Shown here in pieces: positions 55,306 to 64,000 of a DNA stretch of 64,000 nt (positions within the stretch are counted from its first letter, which is position 1; every line of letters starts with the position of its first letter). Origin of the DNA: the human T2T-CHM13v2.0 reference genome, Homo sapiens. The stretch is taken from the NCBI RefSeq assembly GCF_009914755.1, contig NC_060925.1, one strand, 5' to 3'. The notes below the pieces were generated by a model. That model was not told the DNA's origin. It did not search any database and saw nothing but the letters and a program-made list of their open reading frames with translations. The position numbers and the translations under genes are program-made.

Positions 55306-57477
55306 ATTGGAATTGAATGGAAAGGAATGCAATGGAATGGAATGGAATGGACTAGAATGGTATGTGAAAGAGAGGAGTGGAAAGGAATGGGAAGGAATGG
55401 TACGAAATGGAATGGAATGGAGATGAATGGAATATAAAGGAGGGGAGTGGATTGTAAGGAAATAGAGAGTAATGGAGTGGAATGGAGTGGAGTGGAATGG
55501 AATACAGTGGAGAGGCATGGAATGAAATAGAATTGAATGAAACAGAACGGAACAGAATGGAATGGAATGGAATGGAAAGGAAAGGAATGGAAAGGAGTGG
55601 AGGTTAATGGAATGGAATGAAATGAAATGCAGTAGAGAGGAGGGGGGTGGAGTGGAATGGAATGGAGGGGAATGCAGTGGAGTGGAATAGAAGGAAACGT
55701 AATGGAGTGGAATGGAATGGAATGGAATGAAATGAAGTGGAGTGGAATGGAATGGAAACGAATGGAATGGAATGGAGAGGAGGGGAGTGGAGTGGAATGC
55801 AATTGAGAAGAGGGGAGTGGAGTGGAATGGAATGGAGTGGAGCGGAAGGAATGGAATGAAATGGAGAGGAGGGGAGTGGAGTGTAATGGAATGGAGTTCA
55901 ATTAGTCGTGGGGAATGGAACGCAATGGAATTGAGTGCATTGGAATGGAATGCAGTGGAATGGAATTGATTAGAAAGGAATGAATTGGAGAGGAATGGTA
56001 TGGAATGGGGTCGAGTGAAGTGAAATGGAATGGAATGAAATGGAGTGGAATGAAATTCAAAGAACGGACAGGAGTGGAGTTCGAAGGAATGGAATGGAAA
56101 GGAATGGAATTGAGAGGAATCGAGTGGAATGGAGTGCAGTGAAGTGAAATGGAACGGAATGGCATAGAAAGCAATGGAGTGGCATGGAATGGAATGGAAT
56201 GGAGTAGAATGGAGTGCAGTGGATTGTAGTGGAATGGAGTGGAATAGAGTGCAGTGGAGTATAGTGGAGTGGAATGGAATGGAATGGAGTGGAGTGGAAT
56301 GGAATGGAATGGATTGGACTGAAATGGAGTGGAGTGTAGTGGAATGGAATGCAATGGAATAAAATGGAATGGAATGGACAGGAGAGGAGTGGAGTGGAGT
56401 GGAATTTAATGGAGTGGAAAGTAGTGGAGTGGAGTAGGTTGGAATGGAATGTAGTGCAATGGAACAGAAAGGAGTGGAATGGAATGGAATATAATGAAAT
56501 GGAATGGAATGGAATGGAATGAAATGGAATGGAATGGAGTCGGGTCGAGTGGAATGGAACTCTGTGGTGTTTAAGGTAATGGAATGGAATGGAATGGAAT
56601 GGAATGGAGTGGAGTTTAGTGGGGTCGAGTGGAATGAAATGGAATTTAGTGTAGTAGAATGGAATGGAATGGAATGGAAGGGAATGGCGTGGAATGGCGT
56701 GGATCGGAATATAATGGAAAGGAATGCAGTGGAATGGAATGGTATAGAATGGAATGGAATGGAATGGAAAGAAGTGGAATCTAATGGAATGGAGTGTAAT
56801 GGAATGGAATAGAATGCAATGGAAAGGTGTGGAATGGAGCAGAGTGGAGTGGAGTGGAATGGAGTGAAGTGGACTGAAATGGAACGGATTGGAATCGAAT
56901 GGGGATGAATGGAATGGAAAGGAGTGGAGTGGAATGGAATAGAGGGCAGTGGAGTGGAATGGAATGGATTACAGTGGAGGGGAATGGATACGAATGCAAT
57001 GCAATGGAAGGGAAAGGAATGCAATTGAGTGGAGTGAAATGGAACGGAGAGGAATAGAGTGGAGTGGAAAAAATTGGAAAGAAATGTAGTGGAATGGAAT
57101 GGAATGGAGTGGAATGGAATGGAATAGAATGAAATGGAATTGAATGGAATGGAGTGGGTTGGAGTGGAATGGAATTGTGTGGAGTACAATAGAATGGAAT
57201 GGAATGGAATGGAATGGAGTGAAATAGAATGGAAACGAGTGGAGGGGAATGGAATGGAATTCAATGGAATGGAATGGAGTGGAATGGAATGGAATGGATC
57301 GGGAGGCAATGGAATGTAGAAGAGAGAAATGGAATGGGGTGGAATGGATTGGAAAGGAATGGAATGGAATGGAAGGGAATTTAGTGGAATGGAGTGGAAT
57401 AGAGTGCACTGGAGTACAGTGGAGTGGAATGGAATGGAGAGGAGTGGAATGTAATGGAATGCAGAGGAATGGAATGT

Positions 57478-57825
57478 AATGGAATTCCCTGTAATGGAAT
57501 GGAATTCCATGTAATGTTATGAATTCCATGGAATGTAATGGAATTCCATGGAATGGAATGCTTTGGAATGGAGTGGAATGGAATGGAATTCCATGAAATG
57601 GAATGCTTTGGAATGGAGTGGAATGGAATTCCATGGAATGGAATGAAATGGAATGGAGTGGAATGGAATTCCATGGAATGGAATGAAATGGAATGGAGTG
57701 GAATGGAATTCCATGGAATGCAATGCAATGGAATGGAGTGGAATGGAATTCCATGGAATGGATTGGAATGCAATGGAATGGAGTGGAATGGAATTCCATG
57801 GAATGGATTGCAATGCAATGGAATG
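57478..57825 (+). repeat. Mini-array of GAATTCC(A/C)T-containing units, 10 copies, ~20-bp then 40-45-bp period
   Basis: GAATTCC at 57482, 57502, 57521, 57541, 57586, 57626, 57666, 57706, 57746 and 57791. Confidence 0.92.
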
Positions 57826-58309
57826 CAGTGGAATGGAATGGAGTGGAATAGAATGGAAAGGAATGCAATGGAATAGTATGCACTAGAGTTGTATGGAATG
57901 TAACGGTGTGGAGTGGAATGGAATGGAATGGAACGTGATGGAATGGAATGGATGGGAATGCAGTTAAATCGAATGAAAAGGAGGGGAGTGGAGTGTAACG
58001 GAATTGAGTGGGATGGACTGGAATGGAGTGGAGTGGATTGGAAGGGAATGGAAATGAGTGGAGTGGAAATGTATGGAGTGGAATGGAATGGAGTGGAATG
58101 GAATGGAGATGAGTGAAGTGGAATGTAGTGGAATGGAATGGAGTGGAGAGGAATGGAGTAGAGTGGAATGGAATGGAATTGAGTGTAGTGGAAAGGAATG
58201 GAACGGAATGGAATGAGGTGGAGTGGAATGGAGTGGTATGGAATGGAACGGAGTGTATTGAAATGAATGGAATGGAGTGGAGTGGAATGTAATGAAGTGG
58301 AGAGAAATG

Positions 58310-59010
58310 GAAAGGAATGGAATGGAATGGAATGGAATGGAATGAAATGGAATGGAATGGAATGAAATGGAATGGATTGGAATGGAATGAAATGACATGG
58401 AATGGAATGGAATGGAATGGAATGGAATGAAATGGAATGGAATGGAATGAAATGGAATGGATTGGAACGTAATGGAATGGAATGGAATGGAATGACATGG
58501 AATGGAATGGAATGACATGGAATGGAATGGAATGGAATGACATGGAATGGAATGGAATGGAATGACATGGAATGGAATGGAATGACATGGAATGGAATGG
58601 AATGGAATGACATGGAATGGAATGGAATGGAATGACATGGAATGGAATGGAATGGAATGACATGGAATGGAATGGAATGACATGCAATGGAATGGAATGG
58701 AATGACATGCAATGGAATGGAATGGAATGACCTGGAATGGAATGGAATTGAATGGAATGACATGGAATGGAATGGATTGAATGGAATGACATGGAATGGA
58801 ATGGAATGGAATGGAATGGAATGGAATGGAATGGAATGGAATGGAATGGAATGACATGGAATGGAATGGAATGGAATGGAATGGAATGGAATGGAATGGA
58901 ATGACATGGAATGGAATGGAATGGAATGACATGGAATGGAATGGAATGGAAGGGAATGGAATGGAATGGAATGGAAAGGAATGACATGGAATGGAATGGA
59001 ATGGAATGGA
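58310..59010 (+). repeat. Homogeneous (GGAAT)n-GACAT mini-array, ~18 GACAT-type pentamers
   Basis: GACAT occurs from 58394 to 58983, mostly 20-25 bp apart in the core, with one GACCT variant and two GACATGCAAT variants. GGAGT is absent from this stretch, unlike the flanks. Confidence 0.92.
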
Positions 59011-62000
59011 GTGAAGTGGAATGCAATGGATTGGAAAGGAGGGGAATGGAATTGAATGGAATGGAACGGATTGGTATTTAGTGGAATGGAATGGAATGCA
59101 ATGGAGAGAAGTGTAGTGGAGTGGAACGGAATGGAATGAAATGGAGTGAAATATACAGGAATGGAATGGAATGGAGTGGAGTGGAATAGTATGGAATATA
59201 ATGGAATGTAGCCGAATGGAGTGGAGTGGAGTGAGAAGGAATTGATTTGATTGGAATGGAATGGAGTGGAATGCAATGGAATGTAATGGAATGGGATGGA
59301 GTGGAATAGAGTGTAGTGGAGTGGAATGGAATGGAGTGGAGTGAAGTGGAATGTAATTGAATTGAATAGAATGGAAAGGAGTGGAGTGGAAAGGACTGGA
59401 TTGCAGTGGAATGCAATTGAATGGAATGGAATGGAGAGGAGGGGAGTGAAGTGCAATGGATTGGAGTGGAATGTAGACTAGTTGAATGGATTGGAATGGA
59501 ATGTAGTGGAATGGAATGGAAAGGACTGGAATGGATTGGAAAGGAAGGGAACCTAATGGATTAGGCAGGAGGGGATTGGGCTACAACTGAATGGAATGGA
59601 GTGAAATGGAATGGAGTGGAATGGAATGGATTGGAGTGGAGTGGAAAAGATTGGAATGGAAATTAGAGGAGTGGAATAGAGTGGAGTGGATTGGAATGGA
59701 ATGGAATGCAATGGAATGATTTGGAATGGAATGGAATGGAATAGAAGAGAGGAATGGAGTGGAATGGAAAGGTGTGGAATGTAGTGCAGTGGAATGTATT
59801 GGAATGGAATAGAATGCAATGGAATGGAATGGAGTGGAGTGGAATGGAATGGAATGGAATGGAATGGAAAGGAATGGCGTGGAGTGGAATGGAATGTCAG
59901 GGAGTGGAATGGAACGTCAGGGAGTGGAATGGAACGGAATGGAATGGAATAAAGTGGAATGCAGTGGAGTGGAGTTGAGCGGAATGTAGAGGATGGAGTG
60001 AAGTAGAACGGAATGGAATGGAATGGAATGGAGTGGAGTGGAATGGAGTGTAGTGTAGTGAGATGGAATAGAATGGAATGGAGAGGAGGGGATTGGAGTG
60101 GAAAGGACCCGAAAGGAAAGTAGAGGAGTGGAGTGGATTGGAATGGAATGTAGTGGAATGCAACGGAATGGAGTGGAAAGGAATGGAATGGAATGGAATG
60201 GAATGGAATAAAATGGAATGGAATGGAATGGAATGGAATGGAATGGAATGGAATGCAATGGAATGAAGTGGCGTGCAGTGGAATGGAATTGAGTGGAGAG
60301 GAAAGTAATGGAATGGAATGGAATGGAATGGAATGGAATGGAATGGAATGGAATGGAATGAAATGGAATGGAATGGAAGGGAGTGGAGAGGATTGTGGTC
60401 GAGTGGAATGGAATTGAATGGAATGGAACAGTACGGAGTGGGGTCGAATGGAGTGGAGTGGAATGGAATGGACCGGAATGTAATAGAATGTAATGGAGTC
60501 AAATGCAATGGAGTCGAATGGAATGGCAAGGAATGGAATGGAATGGAATGGAATGGAGTGGAATAAAGTGGAGTAGTTTGGCATGCAAAGGAGTTTAAAG
60601 GAAAGGAGTGCAATGGAATGCAATGGATTGTGGTGGAATGGAAAGGAATGTAATGGATTGGAGTGGAATTGAGTGGAGTGGAATGGAATGCAGTGGAATG
60701 GAAAGGAGTAGAATGGAATTCAGTGAAGTGGAGTGGCATGGATTGGAATGGAGTGGAGTGGAATGGAATGGAATGGAATGGAGTGGAGTGGAGTGGAGTG
60801 GGATCGGGTGGATGGGAATGGAAGGCAAAGGAATGGAAATGGGAGAGTAGACAAATGGAGTGGAGTGGAATGGAGTGGAGTGGAATGATATGGAAGGGGA
60901 TGGAGTGGAGTGGAATGGAAAGGACTGTAATGAAATGGAGTGTAACGGAATGGAGGGGAGTGGTGTAGTATGGAATGGAGTGGAATGGAGTAGAGTGGAA
61001 TGGAATGGAACGGAGTGTAGTGGACTGGAATGGAATGGAACGGAATTGAATGAAATGGAATGGAATTGAATGGAGTGAAGTGGAGTAGAATGGAATTGAG
61101 TGGATTGGAATGGAACGGAATGGAATGGAGTGGAGTGAAGTGCGGTCGAGTGAAATGGATTGGAATTAAATTGAGTGGAGTGGAATGGAATGGACTGGAT
61201 TTGACTGGAATGTAATGGAATTCAATGGAATGGAATAGAACGGAATGGAGTGGAATGGAGTGGAGTTGAATGGAATGGAATGGAGTGTGGTGGAAGGTAA
61301 TGGAATGGAATGGAGTGTGGTGGTACGGAATGGAATAGAATGGAATAGAATGGAAAGGAATGGAGTGGAATGGAATGGAATGAAATTGAATGTAATGGAG
61401 TGGAGTGGAGGGGAGTGAAGTGGAATGGAATGGAATGGAATGGAGTGTAGTGGAATGGAGGGGAGTGCAGTTTAAAGGAATAGAATGGAATTGAATGGAA
61501 TGGAAGGGAGAGGAGTGGAGTGGAGTGGGAAGGAATGGAGACGAATGTAGTGTAGTGGAGTGGATTGGAATTGAATGTAGTGGAATGGAAAGGAAAGAAG
61601 TGGAATGGAATGGAGTGGAATGAAATGGAATTTAATGGAGGGGGAGGAGAGGAATGGAATTGAGTGGAGTAGAATAGAATGGAAGGGAATGGCCTGGAGT
61701 GGAGTGGCGTGGCGTCAACTGGATGGCAATGAATGGAAGGAATGGAGTGGAATGGAGTGGAGTGGAGTGGCGTGGGGTGGAGTGGAATGGAGTGGAGTGG
61801 ACTGAAATGGAATGAATTGTAATAGATTGGAATGGAATTCAACGGAATGGAGAGGAATTGACTTTAAAGGAATAGGGTGGAATGGAATGGAATAGAATGA
61901 AATGGAGTGGAATGGAGTGGAGTGAGGTTGAGTTGAATGGAATGTATTGCATTGTAGGGGGATGTAATGTAATGTAATGGAATGGAGTGGAGTCCAGTGG

Positions 62001-63249
62001 AATGGAGTGGAGTGGAGTGAAATGGAATGAAATGCAAATGAAAGAAATGGAATGAAATGCAAATGAAAGAAATAGAATGAAATGAATTAGAATGCAATGG
62101 AGTGGGATGGAGTGGAATGGAATTGAATGAAATGGAATGGAGTGGATTTTAGTGGAGTGGAATGGATTAAAATAGAGTGGAGTATACTGGAGTAGAATGG
62201 AATGGGGTAGAGTGGAGTGGAATGGAATGCAATGGAGTGGAGTCAAACGGAGTGGAGTGTAGTGGATTGGAATGCAACGGAACGGAATGGAATGGAATGG
62301 AAAGGAGAAGAGTTGACTGTAGTGGAATTTAATGGAGTGGAATATAGCGGAGTGGAGTAGATTGGAAAGGAATGTAGTGGAATGGAACACAAAGGAGTGG
62401 AATGGAATGCAATGTAATGTAATGTAATGGAATGGAGTCAGGTAGAGTGGAATGGATTTGAGTGGAGTTTAAGATAATGGAATGAAATAGAGTGGAGTGG
62501 CATGTGGTAGAGGGTAATGAAATGGAATGGACTGCAGTGGAATTAAAAGGGATGGAATGCAGTAGAATGGAGTGAAGTGGAATTTAATGGAATGGAAAGG
62601 AGTGGAATGGAATGCAATGTAATGGAATGAAATGGAATGGAATGGAATTAAATGGAGTGGAGTGGAATATAACGGAATGGAGTGGAATAGAATGGAATGG
62701 ATTGCAATGAATTGGAGTGGCATTGAGTGCAGTGGAGTGGAGTGGAATGGAGTGAATGGGACAGATTGTAATGGAATGGAATGGAATGGAAAGGGGAGTA
62801 ATTGAATGGAATGGAGTGGAATGGACTGGAGTGGAGTGGAGTGGAATGGAATGGAGTGCAGTGGAGGGGAATGGAATGGAATGGAATGGAATGGATTGGA
62901 ATGGAATGGAATGGAATGGAATGGATTGGAATGGAATGGAATGGAGTGGAATATAGTGGAGAGGAGGGGATTGGAAAGGAATGTAGTGCAATGGAATGGA
63001 AAGGAGTAGAATGGAATGGAATGGAATGAAGGAGAATGAAATGGAATGGAATGGAATGGAGTGGGGTGGAGTGGAATGGAATGGAATGGAGTGGAGTGCA
63101 ATGGAATGGAATGGAATGGAACGGAATGGAATCGAATGGAATCGAATGGAATGGAAGAGAGTGGAATGGAATCGAAAGGAATGGAAGGGAATGAAGTTGA
63201 ATGGAGTGGAGTGAAAAGTAATTGAATGGAGTGCAGTCAATTGGAATGA

Positions 63250-64000
63250 CATTCCATGGAATGGAGTGGAATGGAATGGAATTCCATGGAATGGAAATCC
63301 ATGGAAAGGACATCCATGGAATGGAATTCCGTGGAATGGACATCCATGGAATGGAATTCCGTGGAATGGACATCCATGGAATGGAAATCCGTGGAATGGA
63401 CATCCATGGAATGGAAATCCGTGGAATGGAATTCCATGGAATGGAAATCCGTGGAATGGAATTCCATGGAATGGAAATCCGTGGAATGGAATTCCATGGA
63501 ATGGAAATCCGTGGAATGGAATTCCATGGAATGGAAATCCGTGGAATGGAATTCCATGGAATGGAAATCCGTGGAATGGAATTCCATGGAATGGAAATCC
63601 GTGGAATGGAATTCCATGGAACGGAAAGGAAATCCATGAAATGGAATTCCATGGAACGGAAAGGAAATCCGTGGAATGGAATTCCATGGAACGGAAAGGA
63701 AATCCGTGGAATGGAATTCCATGGAACGGAAAGGAAATCCGTGGAATGGAATTCCATGGAACGGAAAGGAAATCCGTGGAATGGAATTCCATGGAACGGA
63801 AAGGAAATCCGTGGAATGGAATTCCATGGAACGGAAAGGAAATCCGTGGAATGGAATTCCATGGAACGGAAAGGAAATCCGTGGAATGGAATTCCATGGA
63901 ATGGAAAGGAAATCCGTGGAATGGAAATATTCCATGGAATGGAAAGGAAATCCATGGAATGGAATTCCATGGAATGGAAAGGAAATCCATGGAATGGAAA
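63250..64000 (+). repeat. Young higher-order minisatellite: 30-bp units changing to 35-bp units; runs off the window edge
   Basis: ATTCCATGGAATGGAAATCCGTGGAATGGA occurs six times identically (63431-63610), preceded by five variant 30-mers from 63281. ATTCCATGGAACGGAAAGGAAATCCGTGGAATGGA occurs seven times identically (63646-63890), with variant 35-mers on both sides. Confidence 0.96.

Larger units (their letters stand above)
1..64000 (+). repeat. Diverged (GGAAT)n/(ATTCC)n pentameric satellite, Satellite 3 (HSat3/SatIII)-type, GGAGT-rich
   Basis: A 5-bp period runs from end to end. GGAAT dominates, with GGAGT, GGATT, GAAAT, GCAAT, GTAAT, TGAAT, GGAAA, GGAAC and AGAAT variants. The + strand stays purine-rich with no strand switch. 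(GGAAT)n is the established unit of primate Satellite 3. I did not see the HSat2-type ATCATCGAAT motif or the classical SatIII CAACCCGAGT decamer, so no subfamily is assigned. Confidence 0.93.

Noticed and set aside
19700-61330. Other short two-copy duplications (54/49 bp at 19708, 80 bp at 21681, 39 bp at 33712, 25 bp at 35064, 40 bp at 43214, 20 bp at 54731 and 59891, 30 bp at ~61281)
   Set aside because: They are real but ordinary slippage products expected in any satellite, and none is individually informative.
182-63639. Hundreds of short plus-strand MEWNG-repeat ORFs
   Set aside because: They are the direct translation of (GGAAT)n, which supplies an ATG every 5 bp. Nothing supports coding function.
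62584-63990. Repeat-protein-like ORFs (FHGIPFHGFP / SMEFHSTDFH / EWNSMEWKSV repeats)
   Set aside because: They are open on both strands and in several frames purely because of the 30/35-bp DNA repeat.
54985-64000. Palindromic repeats with spacers superficially resembling CRISPR arrays
   Set aside because: The spacers are plain GGAAT pentamers or identical units, not unique sequences. There is no leader and no cas gene, and the context is eukaryotic satellite.
1-64000. SatIII long non-coding RNA gene or heat-shock element
   Set aside because: HSF1-driven transcription is established for some HSat3 arrays, but no promoter or transcript boundary can be read here. The palindromes have GAATTC or TTC-N4-GAA spacing, not the canonical nGAAnnTTCn arrangement.
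63281-64000. NF-kB sites (GGAATTCC / GGAAATCC)
   Set aside because: These 8-bp cores are shorter than the 9-10 bp GGGRNWYYCC consensus and lack the flanking G/C bases.

Overview
The whole 64 kb window is one uninterrupted, single-orientation array of diverged (GGAAT)n pentamer satellite, with the purine-rich strand on +. GGAGT and other one-base variants are very frequent. This is human/great-ape Satellite 3 (HSat3/SatIII)-type pericentromeric heterochromatin; species, chromosome and subfamily cannot be fixed from the sequence alone. I see no genes, RNA genes, transposons or CRISPR arrays, and every ORF in the track is a translation artefact of the pentamer (GMEWN on +, IPFHS on -). The informative signal is internal structure. 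First, old kb-scale duplications can be traced by rare landmark motifs (offsets ~1.0, 1.33, 2.5, 5.4-6.0 and 7.1 kb). Second, there are many short slippage duplications. Third, a set of young homogeneous mini-arrays (3.66, 34.46, 55.0, 57.5, 58.4 and 63.25-64.0 kb) becomes denser toward the right end. All but one of these are built on a TCCAT pentamer that creates the palindromes ATGGAATTCCAT / ATTCCATGGAAT. The terminal 30/35-bp array shows an ordered variant series, apparent stem covariation and 21 TTC-N4-GAA motifs. These are candidate observations about satellite turnover, not evidence of a new gene system. All counts and offsets were read by eye.
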